DNA from: Rhynchopus sp. YZ270_cl-10
Lineage: Eukaryota
Assembly: GCA_964035575.1 (NCBI GenBank)
Contig: OZ037839.1
Location: 992,001 to 1,056,000, forward strand
DNA length: 64,000 nt
Direction of reading: 5' to 3'
Shown piece by piece: positions 1 through 13,440 of this stretch. Below the pieces are notes generated by a model that saw only the letters and a list, made by a program, of their open reading frames with translations, ran no database searches and was not told the origin of the DNA. Each line of letters starts with the position of its first letter. The stretch's first letter is position 1. The translations under genes and the position numbers were made by a program.

Positions 1-1850
1 CCGTCTACACAACTCTGCAACAACGAAGATGCACGGTCCTTGGAGAGAGCACCCGCGGTACTATGTTCAATGTATGAATCAAAGGGCTGAGGTTGGGGGT
101 TTTTTGTATTTTTACTTTTTGGAGTGGGGTACACGTTACCAGTCTGTCTTTTCGTGGATAAAGTTTTCTTCAGTCGTCTCATGAAATGAAGGAGGAAATA
201 CAAACAAAGCATTTTGAACAGACTTTGCGGTTCTGGGGACGAACCGCGCTGCAGAGCCACTCCTCACCAAACAGGTGTGCGTTTCACCACAAACCTTGGG
301 GTTTTTGTGTGATGAGTGTTAAGTTTCTATTTCCCCCTTTTTTTTGATAAATAGTTAGAACAGCACTGCCACCTGTGCAAGATGCACTTTATAGAGCGAG
401 TCTAGATATCTTTCTTTCTACCCTTCTCCCTGCAGGTCCGTGCACACCTTCCTGCAACAGAGTCCATCGGGCTTTCTGCGGAGCTTCGCAACAAAACTGG
501 GGGACAGGTATGGCACGATCCAGGAGCGCAAATAATATATGTTGCTTTTTGTTTCAAATATCAGGCCCCCGGCAATAAGAAGCAGACAACCACGTACGGT
601 GCACCTCCCCTTTTGCAGTTTAGAAGTTTACAGTCACTACATTCACTATTTCAGTGGGGGGAAAAGAAGAGCGGTAAAGCTTTTCATCAGCACTATCTGG
701 CTTTGTGTACAGCCACCATTGTCTCCTGCACGCAGGAGGGTTTTTGCACTTTACACTTCTGTTTTTCCTCCTTTCCCCCTCCCCTCCCACAACCTGCTCC
801 CTTGCTACAGGCGGTGCAGAGCAGTGTCTTTGATCATTGGGCGTTGTACCCGGGTGACCCGCTTGCTCTTGAGACACCGGCAGCGGACATGGTACGTCAG
901 ATACGCGTGCGCAATGGCCTTCCAGAGACACTGGAAAGCTTCCACGACGCACGAACATGTGTGCTGTAGAGAGGGGGTGCACACAAGCCTTGCTGTTGGT
1001 CGTTGGGGTGGGGGTGGTTGCAGGCGTTCGGGTCCACTACTGCTCTGTATGGTGAGTTGCTGAGGCGAGCAGTGTCACTTCCATCGGGTAATTGTCTTTA
1101 TGGCGTCGAGTGGACAGTGCTTGACTTGCCTGGGTTGGAAGGGGTGGTGCCTGTTGGACATTGGTTGCTTTCGCACTGCAGCGTGTTGACACGACCGGAC
1201 GTATCTACGTGGTACGGTGTCAGAGGTTGGGAAAGGCTTCCTCAAGCTGCATCGCGTTGGAAATAATTGAATAGAATTGTCACTGTTTTGGCGGTGTTGG
1301 TGATATGCGGGAGTGGTGTCCTTCGTGCACAGGGTTGACGTCCCTCTATTGCCATCACTTCGCAGTGCCAGACGTATTGATAGCTGGTTCCTTTCGCACT
1401 GCACGACTAGCTTTGGAGACAACAGCCTCTCGGGCACACCGCTGACGCACCCTGGAAGCGAACAACAAACAATCTTAGTTTTTCTCCTCCCACTTTGCAG
1501 TCTTTTTAGCAAACAAAAATTAAAGAGTCTCTCGAGCATGTTGTCCCCCCATTTTGTTGTATCTTGCCTCCCTCCTCCTCCTTCTCAACACTCACCCCAC
1601 AACAGAGCAACACTTCACTCGAAACAATGGAACTGTGTGTGCAGGGATATGATGAAAACAAATTCGTGATAAAGGGTTAAAGAGGAGCCAAGTGCTCCGT
1701 GAGATTAGAGATTTGTGGAAAAATGAAGAATTGTTAGAAAACTCTGCCAAGTGGGTTCGTAGTGGGCAATGGAGAGGACAGAGATAGAGGGTGTGTGGAG
1801 TGGAGTGCATCCTCGGGTGTCTGCACACACAAAAAGGAACTAATAGAGGA

Positions 1851-1912
1851 AAAATGCTCGAGAGACTCGTTCCTCTTTGCTTGTTGCTCAAAAGACTATA
1901 AACGGGGGGGAA
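1851..1912 (-). repeat. Terminal-repeat end of the YR retrotransposon family at 9912-16233 (partial or related copy)
   Basis: aaaatgctcgagagactcgttcctctttgcttgttgctcaaaagactataaacggggggg matches 10283-10341 and 16173-16231. Confidence 0.7.
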
Positions 1913-1920
1913 TATCTATT

Positions 1921-2084
1921 TATTCGACTTTTTATACAGTAGTTTTATTTTGCGATAATTTCACGCTAATTTTCGATGCGAGTGCGGTTAATTTGCCGAG
2001 CGAAGCGAGGCAAATTGAGCTCACGAGCATCGAAAATTAGCGTGAAATTATCGCAAAATAAACTACTGTATAAAAATTCGAATA
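1921..2084. mobile_element. Palindromic MITE-like foldback
   Basis: tattcgactttttatacagtagttttattttgcgataatttcacgctaattttcgatgc is mirrored by gcatcgaaaattagcgtgaaattatcgcaaaataaactactgtataaaaattcgaata. Confidence 0.7.
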
Positions 2085-5000
2085 GGTGATTTTAATTTGC
2101 GTGTTACATAAAGTTCTAGTGGGGGCTCTGTTGGAAAAGGGTAACTTATTTGTTGTGCAATCCATTAATGCTGTTTTTCCTGTACAAAAATACAGTGAAA
2201 AAAAAAAAAAAAAAAATCACGCCACTGGCAGGGCTATCGGTAAGAAGGGGTTTTGGGGGGCATCATATATCATATTTCATATTTGGAGGGTGTTCAAATT
2301 TCCCGTTTTTCCCTTTTCTCCCGTTTTTCCCTTTGTCTTTGCCATTTTTTTTTTTTTGACAAGGCAATTTTCAGGTGAAAAAAAATTTTTTTTTCGCAAA
2401 ATTTTTGGCCCCCTGGGGTGGGTCTGGGGGCACCGAAAAATGCCAAAAAACGCAAAAATCGGGTGTTTTGACCATCTGTGGTTACACCAAATACACGTCT
2501 CTGAAGAAGCCTATACTATACCCAAAAGTGGCTAGGCAAGGCCGTGTTTGACCAAAAAAAAAATTTTTTTTTTCAAAAAAACCGAGTTTTCGTCACCTGT
2601 GGGTGGTCGTAGGATCGAAATTTGTGAAAAAATTTCACTTTTTTTTTTTGACCCAAAAAATTTTTTTTCGACAAGGCAACGGGAAAAATGACTAAGGGGA
2701 AAGGGGAAAAAAGGGAAAAACGGGAATTTGGAGGATCCTCTATTTTGAGGATCATTTTCACAGTCACATTTTACCTTAGCAAAATCTGAAAAAAAAAATT
2801 TTTTTTTCGAAAAATTTTTAGACCCCTGGGGTGGGTCTTGGGGCACCGAAAAATGCAAAAAAACGTAAAAATCGGGTGTTTTGAGCATCTGTGGTTACAC
2901 CATATACACGTCTGTAACCCCACATAGGACCATTACCATGGTTTCGTTAGCCCTTGTGGCATGCCCTCCTGCAGTTTCCTGCTCATCGGCGGCCTCTAGT
3001 CCGTGTGGACTTGGGCCACTTGGGCCACCAGCTTCCGGAGGAGCGACGCTCACGTGCGACCGTCGGACCGGTCACTGCTCTGGGTGCCATGTGCTCTAGC
3101 CAATTCTTGACGAGGATGGGGGTGCAGACCGCCAAGTCCGGACGGTAGGAGGGAACCTTCCCCACCACACGTCAGTTCTCCTAAGCTCCTTGTGACTTGA
3201 CTCGTGCCGGTGCTGGTGTCTACAAGCTTCAACCCCTTCTTGTGACCCACCGAGCACGCAGCCAACAGTGCGTCAAACCCTCAAGATCCTGTAGCACCGA
3301 GGGTGTGTGGCCCCAAGCGTCTGCGCCAGGACATACGCCGTCTGCCATCAAGCGGAGGGTGCTCCAATACTCCTCAGACACGAAGGAGCAATCACAGCGA
3401 TCACGAATCACGCGATTGAGGCGGTTTCACAGGTGGTCAGCGGGAGGCTTCACAAAGCAACACCGCTTCCGGAGATGACCGGCTCCCCTCTTCCTCAACA
3501 CGCACCAGAGCCCTATTTTTCACAAGCGGTCCCGAAACCTTAAAGTTTGCGCAAGCCCTGGAGTCATCCGATGACGCAAGGCAAGTCACTCTCCCAAAGC
3601 GATGGCATTGGATGGCAGTATCCGAAGTCAGACCTCCGGGTAATATTGAATCCTTAATGGACGACTTCAATGTGATCGCTGCCTTCTCCCTCTACGCCCC
3701 ACACTTCAAGAACACGGAGACTCGCAAGCTACAAGTAATTTGAGTTTGTTTCTGCGAGCCGAAACCGTTCATCTTCGGAGATATGTACAGTGTGCGCACT
3801 ACTTTCCGCAGGAAGAACGGGCCTTTTTGGGCTCCGACCTCAGAGGCCGTTTTCGAGGACAGCTACAATGAGATATTTCGGTTTCCTCAATTTTTTGTAA
3901 AAAAGCGAAAATCTGCCTATGTGCTTGAAAAATGCTGTGCATTTTTGGTAGAATTTTTTAAAAATTGCTATACTCCCCTATGACTGGACCCAACTCCCCT
4001 CACTCTTTTTTTGGTCAAAAACACCCCAAATTTTTCTACCTTTTTTTCCATTTTTTCCATTTTTGACCTTTTTAGACACCCTCCTTTCAAAATCATATTT
4101 CAAAAAAAAAAAAAAAAACACGAGTTTACGCAGGGTTCTAGGTCCAAAAAAAAAAAAAGGGAAACGGAAAATGTGTTTTGAAAAAAAATTTCCGCGCTGC
4201 GCGCGGAAAATTCCTACCCCACAACAGCCCCAAAAAATTGATGCTACCCATACGTAATGTCAAGTCGAGGACATCCTTCGCATAATGGAGAGGGATAACC
4301 CGATTCCCAACGAACTGCCGGACAATCTCCTCGGGGAGATCATCCAAGAATGTGTGGCACGAAAGAATCGTGCACCCGAACCTCACCCCTATGATGATGA
4401 TGATCTGTGACAGTCGACTAGAAAAGCGACACAAATATACACTTTGTATTCTTTTTCAGGAGCAGGGGGCCTATACAGGTTCGCCCAAGTTCCTGGCGAA
4501 GCCACGGTACGCAACATTTATAAAAATGTTGACATAAAATGGCACGGTCGCTAGTAATTCTCATCAGTTTCCGTAAATTTTACTTACGTATTTTGCCAAA
4601 ACGAAAGTTTCTGGCGAAGCCACGGTACGCAACATTTCCAAAAAATACGCTTAAAATTGCACTTTTTTTACAGCCAAACTATGTCATGGGAAGGGTTGTT
4701 GTAAGCTTGCGCCGCAGGCGCACGGTACGCTACTTTTTTTCTTTCGCCATGATGCATGCTTCCTTTTCCTTCTGAATGCGAGCATTTTTGTATGGGAAAT
4801 TGAGATTTTTTTGGGTAGCAAAAAATTCTGTTGTGAGTGAGTGTAGGAGGGACCCACGGTTTCTGGGATTATTTTTTGGGGGGCACCTGGGTACTACCCC
4901 CCAAAAAAAAGAAATCCCCCCAAAAAAAAAAAAAAAACCGGATTTAACGGAAAATGTGTTACACATTTTCCGTATACTATACCTAGGACCCTGGTTTACG

Positions 5001-7149
5001 GGCAAAAACCCATTAACGGCCCCGGACGTTGGCGGGGCATCTCCCCTCATATGTGGATATGTCCGGAAAATTTTCAGGAAAGTGCCGGGCAAAAACACAT
5101 CAAAATGGGTCCGGACATATCCACGGGGGGGATTAGGGGGAGCAGTGAGACCCTTTTTTCTGTCACACCCCCCAAAAAATCATGAAAAAGTGTAAAAAAA
5201 ATATCCGAAAACACAAAACCACCCCAGAAAACACATTTGTGGGACTATTTCTTACGTTTTGGTGCCTTTTTGGCACTTTTTGGCACTTTTTTTCTCGATT
5301 TTTCGACACTTTTTGTCGCGTTTTCACCCAAATTCCCCCTTTTCAGAGGGGATTTGATACAAGGCGATTTATCAAAAAATTCAAAAATTTGAAATAGCCC
5401 AAAACAAGAGGAAAAGTGGTTTTTTCCAGTCATATGTGTGCACGGAGTGATTTCCGTGGGGTTTTGGAGCCAAAAGTCCAGTTTTTTTCATGTCTTTGCT
5501 GAAAATTTTGAATTTTTTTTATACACAAAAACCACATTTTAGCCGGGAGGAAGAAGTGTGACAGAAGTGTGACATCTGAGAGGTTTCGAGCCAGAGGTCA
5601 CCAAAATGGGCAAAACCATCTGAAAACAATTTTTTCCACCCCCAGTGGGGTCCGGCAATCACTTTCGAGTGGTTTTGGGGACTTATGTGAACCTGTGGAC
5701 AATTTTTTTGGGGTTTTTATGTGTGTAAACATGCTAAGAAGTGAGGGCAGTACTGCTTTTTTAAGTGTTTCAGACACTACAGAATACATCTGGGGCCCAC
5801 ACAGGACCCCTAAAAGCTGCAAAAACCATACATTTCCACCCTGGGACCCCACCGGATGTGGACCGAGGTGGTTTTCGGGTGCTTAGAAGGCCTAATGTCT
5901 CCTCAAATATTTTTTTTGAAAAGTGTTGAAAATTGACCCAATAGCGTTACGCGAGCGTTACGCATTTTTGGCCTTTTTTTCACAAAAAACCGATTTTTTT
6001 TAATCAGGAAAGTCTCTGTAGAGGTTGTCAGGTGGTTTAATGGGATATTTGGGTGATCCCCAGGGCGATTTGCGGCCAGGTACGACCTTTTTGGTGGATT
6101 TCTTCACCTAAATTTCAAAAAAATGGGTTTGTGACAGTATTTGTACAGGGATTTAGACGCCACTGACCCCCCTAACGGGGGGGATAGGTACTTAAAAAAT
6201 GGAATTGAAAGCCGTGTTCAAAATCTTTCAATTGCGGCCAGGTACGATCAAACATTTGCATCTGGGGTCCCTTTACCGGTTGGAAAGTCCCAAAAACCAA
6301 AACTCAAAAGTGGGTCCAGGGATTACGCAGCTCCCCCAGAAATAAAAAAAAGTACGTATGGATTTTCAACACGTACAATTCTAAGCAAAAACAATTCGCG
6401 CTTCGTGCGCGCTCTCCCTGGCAAAGTTAGTTGAGAAGGGCTGTGAAAGTTCGAAGAACTGGAGAAATCATCAGTCATGGCACTGGCGAAGCCACGGTAC
6501 GCAACATTTCTAAAAATTGCGATTAAAATTGCCTACTATGTCACGGGAAGGGTGTACTGCAATCTAGCGCCGCAGGCGCACGGTACGCTACTTTTTTTCT
6601 TTCGCCATGCTGCACGCTCCTTTTCCGGAAAAATAGAAAATTGTCTCCTACAAATAGGATTCTGTAGGGGGTAGGTGAGAGGTGGGGGCGGAGCCCCACC
6701 CCTCACCTACCCCACCCCAGCCCCAATCCAAAACCCAAATTACCTAAGTATGGACACGTATGGATTCCACCTTTTCAAAAACAATTCACGTATGGATTTC
6801 CATACGTTCCACACGTGGAGCGTAATCTCTGAGTGGGTCCAAAAAACGGCTTGGGGTCTAAGGGGTTACTGGGGGGGGGCGAATAAGAGATGTGGCATCT
6901 CTTATTAGGCGAACGGACAAGTCAAAAATAAGAATTTTTTTTTGGGGGAAAAAAAGCAAAAAGACATTTTCGCCGGAGGCGAAAAATTTTTTTTGACCAC
7001 TTTTTTGCCAGATCGGGTAGACAGGGTAAATTTTCAAAATGTTTTTTCAAGATAAAACCCTGTTGCATGCAAAAAAAAAAAAAAAAAATACCCCCAAAAT
7101 CTCAACCTGATCTCTTATTCGCCCCCCCCCAGTAACAAAAATTTAAAGT

Positions 7150-7487
7150 TTAAGGTGTACCTCTGCGAGCGTAGCGAGCGGAAAATTTTTAAGGTGTTAC
7201 TTCCGCGAGCGAAGCGAGCGGGAAAAAAATTGAAGGTGTACCTCCGCGAGCGCAGCGAGCGGGAAAATATTTTAAGGTGTACCTCCGCGAGCGTAGCGAG
7301 CGGAAAATTTTTTGAAGGTGTACCGCCGCGAGCGCAGCGAGCGGGAAAATATTTTAAGGTGTACCTCCGCGAGCGTAGCGAGCGGAAAATTTTTAAGGTG
7401 TACTTCCGCGAGCGAAGCGAGCGGGGAAAAAATTGAAGGTGTACCTCCGCGAGCGTAGCGAGCGGAAAATTTTTTGAAGGTGTACAT
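7150..7487. repeat. Tandem ~59-bp minisatellite (aaggtgtacctccgcgagcgtagcgagcggaaaatttt)
   Basis: About 9 imperfect units of the gcgagcg[t/a/c]agcgagcg module are directly visible. Confidence 0.8.
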
Positions 7488-8149
7488 TAAACTTTAAACA
7501 AGGGGGTACGCCCACTTTTGTCGTCATCCTAAAATACCCGAAATTGAGCCCAATTGCATTTCCGGATCGATTGCGGAAAGTGGTAGGGTAAATGAACAAC
7601 ACCAAATACCTACGCCCCCCCGTGCATATGTCCGTGTTGGTCGAGGCTCGGACATATACACATACTCAGTTCAGGTAGTATACTACAGTGTACAGCGGCA
7701 AAAACCCATTCCGAGCTTTCGGCTCCGCACGTTGGCGGGGCATCTCTGATCATATTTGGCCTGGTAAAAAAAAAAAAAAAAAAAAACAAGTAATTGCTAC
7801 AGGCTATTTCCTAAATCTGAGTTTCGATTTTAGGATTTGAGATTTTGGAAATGCCGCACTTTTTTTACCGACCAAATTTTCCCGGTTGCCGCACTTTTTT
7901 TTCGCCTAAGGGGAAGGTAGGTAGGGCACTTCTGTCTGGGAAAAAGTGACCAGGGAAAAAAATATTGGGGTCCCGTGCTCCCAAATGTGCGAAATAAGCA
8001 AGAAAAAAGTATTTTTGCGCACATGTGTATAAAAAAAAATTCGCCTCGGCGGGGTTCGTTTTCGAGGGTTTTCAGAGATCTCACGATATGAGGATTCCTT
8101 AAGAAACCATTGAATCTTATTTCAGAATAATAGTACCTTAGAGTGTTTT

Positions 8150-8775
8150 TGGACACATATGACCCCACCGTGGAGAGCAATCGGCTCGTTCAATCAAAAG
8201 TGGAGAAAAGGTACAAAAAAAAAAGTTGGGTACCGTGCGCCTGCGGCGCTTCTTGTTCCCTACCAGTTTCTACAGGCAAACACTTGCCCCCTTTACCTTA
8301 CACTGACAGATTTTGACCAAAACCAAGAACTTGTCCATTTCGGCAAATTGACCCCACCACACAACGCACGGATTCCGGAAATGCAAATGCCGGTGTTTTC
8401 GGGCATTTTCATGTTTCAAGACGTCAGGATCAGGGAGAGAAAATTTGGTTGTGGGATTTACCTTGGCCCTCTTTACCCTACATGGATTTTGACCAAAACC
8501 AAGAATTTGGCCATTTCGGCAAAGTGACCCCACCACAGCGCGGGCGGATTCCGGAAATTCCAATCGCGGTATGTTTTCGGGCTGAAAACCCACTGCTTTT
8601 TTTCAGGGGAAAAATTGCTTCCAAATGTCGGAATTTTCCGAATTTTCCTGAAAATGACCCTTGTTTACGAGTATGGGTTCATATTTTGCGAAAATTTAAG
8701 TCACTAAATTTTTGTCCATTTTTCCGAATATGCCCCACCACAAGCCGGGATTGGCTCGGAAATGCAACAAAACGC
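8150..8775 (+). repeat. Dispersed repeat; inverted copy at ~14578-15215 and fragment at ~41131-41210
   Basis: Near-identical sequence (spurious ORFs 8159..8527 and 8449..8904 mirror 14858..15220 and 14491..14898). Confidence 0.8.
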
Positions 8776-10021
8776 CCTCTTGGGCGGAAAAAAACCTCAC
8801 AAAAATGCCGCACTTTTTTTGCATTTCTTTTTCGAAATTTTGGAAAAAACGCCCCAGAGTTAGGAAATAGCCTGAATTGCTATCGGAAAAAAAACGGGGT
8901 GTGATGTGGAACTCCATCCTGTAGAAATAATCTACAGCACGTCCAGCATTCTGCTCTTCTGCAGGTATGTTAACGCTCTTCGTACGCTGCCAGATCCACT
9001 GGGACGCCAGCATCTGAAACGTTCAAGAAGGGGCGCTGTCCTCTCCGTCCAGCACCATCTGCTCGATAGCGTTGTTGGACGTCGGCTCGGCAGGCTCGGC
9101 GTGTTCCAGCTCGTTTTTGTCCACAGGCTCCCCACATTGTCGTCGTCGTTGGAGTGCGGAAGAAGCACAGAATGCACAGACTACAACACATCGATCACAC
9201 CAGGCACATCAGCACCTCCAGCAAATCGCCAGGATGCTACGGTGGTTTCGAAAATCGCGCGGGGTTTTCCACAGCACACCCCGTTTTTTTCTTAGCAATT
9301 ACTTGTCCTTGTTGTTATTGTTGTTTTCAACCACCTTCCTTCAACCCTTGTGGGATCAGTCGTTATTTTTTCGCGAAAACATGAAATTACACATTTCAAG
9401 AGAACAAATTAAAAAGGGTACTTATTTGCATTTTTGGGCTCCGCCCGTGCAGTGGTGGGGTCAATCTCGAAAATTGGACAATTTTTTGACCACTTAAATT
9501 TTGAGAAATATGAGCCCGGTTGCTTATACGTGGGGCCCATTTTCGGCTAAAATTTTCCTCAAAATCTGGTTTTGTAAAATTGACCCTTTCCCCCCCCCCA
9601 CATCGATTTCAATACTATACCTTACTTCACCTACGGTTGCCCTTACAGGGGGGGTGAAGGAAGGTAAGTTGAAAATTTTTAAAAAAAGGCGATCATATTT
9701 CATATCTCTTACCGATAGCCCTGCGCCACTGGCGTGGAAAAAAAAAAAAAAAAAAAAATCACGCTCCTACGTATTTTCCCACAGAAAATAAAAACACAAG
9801 TGAAAAAAAGTGAAAATACAGTAGTTTTATTTCCACAGAGACAAATTATCGACAATTAAAATTACCCTTTTCCAACGGAGCCCCACTAGAACTTTATTTA
9901 ACAAGTGAATTAAAAAAAGTAAAAGTTGTTTGTTGTTCGCTTCCACACCACTTCTGCACTCAGATTCAAGTCTTTTGGCTGTCCTTACAAGCGCCTGCCA
10001 AAACGCTCGCCTCGTGGGTGT

Positions 10022-10057
<36 letters not shown>

Positions 10058-10423
10058 AAAACTTGGTTGTATTAGTGTAGACACCCGAGGATGAACTCCA
10101 CTATACTTTTTTTTCTTCTTCTTCGACTTGATTTACGATATGGTTGTGTTTGCCTGAAGTACAGAAAGTGTCGTGGAGCACAGGGGGGAAAAGAGGGGGA
10201 AACAAGCGGGGAGCGGGATACGCAGACGCGCGACTTTTCACGAGGGTCTCGAGCATTTTGTCAAATACTACGTGTTTACTAAAAATGCTCGAGAGACTCG
10301 TTCCTCTTTGCTTGTTGCTCAAAAGACTATAAACGGGGGGGAAAAAAGTAAAAGTTGTTTGTTGTTCGCTTCCACTCCGAACCCTTTTGCCATGAAGGGG
10401 ACGCAGCGCGACGTAAAGCTGTA

Positions 10424-12230
10424 TTAGAATACCCTATCACAATCGTTCACACACAGCAACACTACATCTTCCACAGCAGCCTTCTTCCCTCGGGTGAAAA
10501 CGTCGGCCTTTTGCTCTTCGGAAGGTACCCAGGAGCAGGAGATTTGGAGGTGACGAGCCTCTGCAGTCTCGAACAGGCTCTGCAGAATGCGGTTCGCACG
10601 GTACTTCGTCGAGTGACCGTTGACGATGCATTTCACCGCGGGAAGGTTGTCCACGAACAGGTGTAGCTTCACGTTGGACGTCAGGGATGCTGCCAAGGCC
10701 ACCGCCTGGTGTGCGGCGTACAGCTCCTTGTAGAAAATATGTTGAGGTGACCATGCACTGTTGAATATGCCTTGCGCTACTTTCATAAAGTCACCCTCGA
10801 CCAACGCTGCCCATTCGCGGGAGGACGCATCTGACCACGCTGTCACACGGGGCACATTCTGCTGTGGGTAAATCCAGTTGTTCACGTTCATCAGTGCGGT
10901 TCTCTCAATGGTTTCTGTTCGTGTCGACGGGCGAAGCGGTACGGGTATGTCCCAGTTGAGAATGTCGGTAGCAGTGAAAGCTGCAAGTTCAGCTATGAAG
11001 GAGAGAGAGGCGGCTAAAAAACAGAGGCGTCTGTTGGTAGTGTAACAATGCCACACAATGGATCCAAAAACTGTGAAGAACTCTCGTGGGGTGATCTGTG
11101 CCGTATGGAGCCTGTCGCATTCCTCCTTTTTTGAAAATTTTTCGAGCCATTTTGGATCTGATTTGTAGCGTTGATGTGTAAGGTCGAAAGCAAGCCCAAG
11201 GGTGGTGAACTTTTGTGTGGCAACCCCGTATACCTCCCCGTCCGCGTGCATGGTTGCATTCACGTAAGCGCATCGGTTCAGAAATTTCTTGTAGTTTGCT
11301 TCCACTCCCTCACGTGTTTGGGACAGTAAGATGAAGTTGTCGACCCATGTAACACCCTCCTCGTCAGGTAGAAGCGTGCGCGCAGTCCTCTGTGCCAAAC
11401 ATGGGGCGAACGACCAGCCCATGCATAAAACCTTTAACCACGCATGGACAAAATCGCCACGAGCATTCCCCACATTTATGCCGAAAAACGGCCGTATGTC
11501 GCTGTGGAGTGGGAACTGGTAAAACCAGCTTTGTCCGTCAGTGAGGATGGTCCATCTCTGTATCAGAATTCTGCTGATCACGTCAGTAATGAGTGGTAGT
11601 CGCATTTGGGGAGGTCGCACCATGAGGTCGTTGAGCTTTCTCCCATCCATGACGAATCTCAAACCCCCGGATGATTTTTTGACTGTGAAACCGTGCATCA
11701 CTACAGACTGGGGACCGGATGCCTTTTCTAGGACGTCGTATTTTTGCAGGTCTTCAAAATGGGAGCCCATGTGTCGTGATATGCGGTTTTTGAGACGTGG
11801 GTCGGCTGTAAGTTTGGAGAGGGCATCTTCTCTGAAGACTTTGCAGAAGACAGTTTTTGTGGAGATAATGTCTAACAAGTTGTATGGTTCTCCTGCTTCA
11901 CCCCTTAATTCGCCCCTTATGTCAATCTCTTTGAGCTTTTGGATGTCGATTCGGGTCATGCATATGGGAGCAATTCTGTCAGAGCCTGGGGATCGTGTCT
12001 TCGATGTGGGGTTTCTGATGGTACGGTCTCTGAAGTGGACAGCAATAGCTTCATCGTATAGCATTTGCAGAGGACCGAATTCTTCACCTTCAGGGGAAGA
12101 GGACGGGAGTTGTACATCTGGAACATCTTTGTTTATATCATGGATCGGTGGAGGGGTCAGGGCTGTGTCATAGTTGGAGAAAAGCGATGGGCCAAACTGT
12201 TTTTGGGGAAAACATTTCTGGACGTTCAGT
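10424..12230 (-). CDS. Reverse transcriptase-RNase H of the YR retrotransposon (functional part of ORF 10424..13054; start uncertain)
   Basis: LRFVMDGRKLN, TDGQSWFYQFPL, LCMGWSFAP, WVDN (YxDD position); RNase H motifs WSDAS, KELYAA, VDN, ADVFTR. Confidence 0.9.
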
Positions 12231-13440
12231 CGTCTAATTTTATGCGTAGGGCCTGTGACAGTGATGCTGTGTCCGCAACTCTCCTTATCCCCGCCGCCGG
12301 CAGGTATCGCAGCAACCCCTCTATGGTTTTGTGTCTGGACACCTTTTGTATTTCCTCCAACGGCATTCCTTCCTTCAGGAGCTGGTAGCACGCTCCTCGC
12401 CTCAACGAGTGCGGGGTGAGGGTGGGGTTCACTTTCTTTAGTGCGGTATTGATGTGTTGGAACGTCACGTCTTTGAAGATGAGTGTGTCTCGTGACCTCT
12501 TCGCCGTCTTGAGGAGCTTCTTTAGGGTGAGAAAGGAGGAGTGTTCGATGTTCAGACCTGTCTGTTGGCCGATACGGAAAGGATCGGATTTCGTGGTTAC
12601 CCAGTTCACGCTGGTGACTCCGTCCTCTCGGGTCACCACCTCCTCCGCACGCAGCCGCAGCACATCCGATGCCCTTGCCGCACCCAGCCAGCACATGCTG
12701 ATTGCCAGCTTCAGCACGGGGGAGGGAGTCTGGCGGAGTGTCTCCTCTACCTCCTCTGGGCATGCCGGTACTGCCTGCTGTTTCGGCTTCAACGCCCCCA
12801 ATCTCTTCAATGCCCCCCGGTAATCCTCCAACAGCATTGAGAATGCCATTTTGTGGTAGGCCATTCGTTGCAATGCGGAGACGATGTCGTAGGAGTACTG
12901 GAGGGCGCTGCTGTTGGCGATGCAGTCCATCTCTCGCAAGCGCTAGACCCACAGCACAATGGCCAGATCCATCTCCAGGGGGTTTCCGGTGCAGGCCTCC
13001 CACTTCTGCTTGAACTCCAGAAACCTCCGGAACAGGTACAACAGGTTCTGCCATCTGTCTCTCGAGAGGGATTTCTTCAGGGTGTCCTTCACGCAGGACA
13101 TCAGTGCGGCTCTTTGGGGTTGGGACAAAATTGGTTCGACTTTCAGTGGGCGGCCTCGTTTTTTCGGTTTGGGGTTCAAAAGGTTTGGAAAGAGTGTGTG
13201 TAGGGGGAAAAACAGAAAGAGGGGTGGTTTGAGTTGACTCGAGGGGGTGGAGTCAGTTCCCCCCCTTTCCCGCCTTATCGTTCTTGGGCCCCTCACGGTT
13301 TGCATCACGGTTGGAGTCGCGGTTGTATTCGCGGTTTGTGTCTCTCTGGCGGTCCCGGTCTTCTCTGTATCCACCCCTGTCTCGCGAGTCCCATCCTTTC
13401 CCCTTTTTGCCTCCGGAAGACTTTGAGGCGCGGTGGGCAT
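12226..13440 (-). pseudogene. Tyrosine recombinase interrupted by an in-frame TAG at 12943-12945
   Basis: ORFs 12943..13440 and 12226..12939 are in the same frame; catalytic set R(ASDV)...HSLRRG...SRH...LRY; 5' boundary uncertain. Confidence 0.85.

Larger units (their letters stand above)
2229..9723. mobile_element. 7.5-kb non-autonomous TIR element with nested repeats and a 9-bp TSD
   Basis: TIR CAGGGCTATCGGTAAGA / TCTTACCGATAGCCCTG; CGCCACTGG at 2220-2228 and 9724-9732; it lies inside an outer inverted pair (~2090-2148 vs ~9862-9915); no intact transposase ORF. Confidence 0.7.

Noticed and set aside
375..1669. Overlapping short ORFs at the window start
   Set aside because: No recognisable domain in any frame; possibly decayed coding sequence but unsupported
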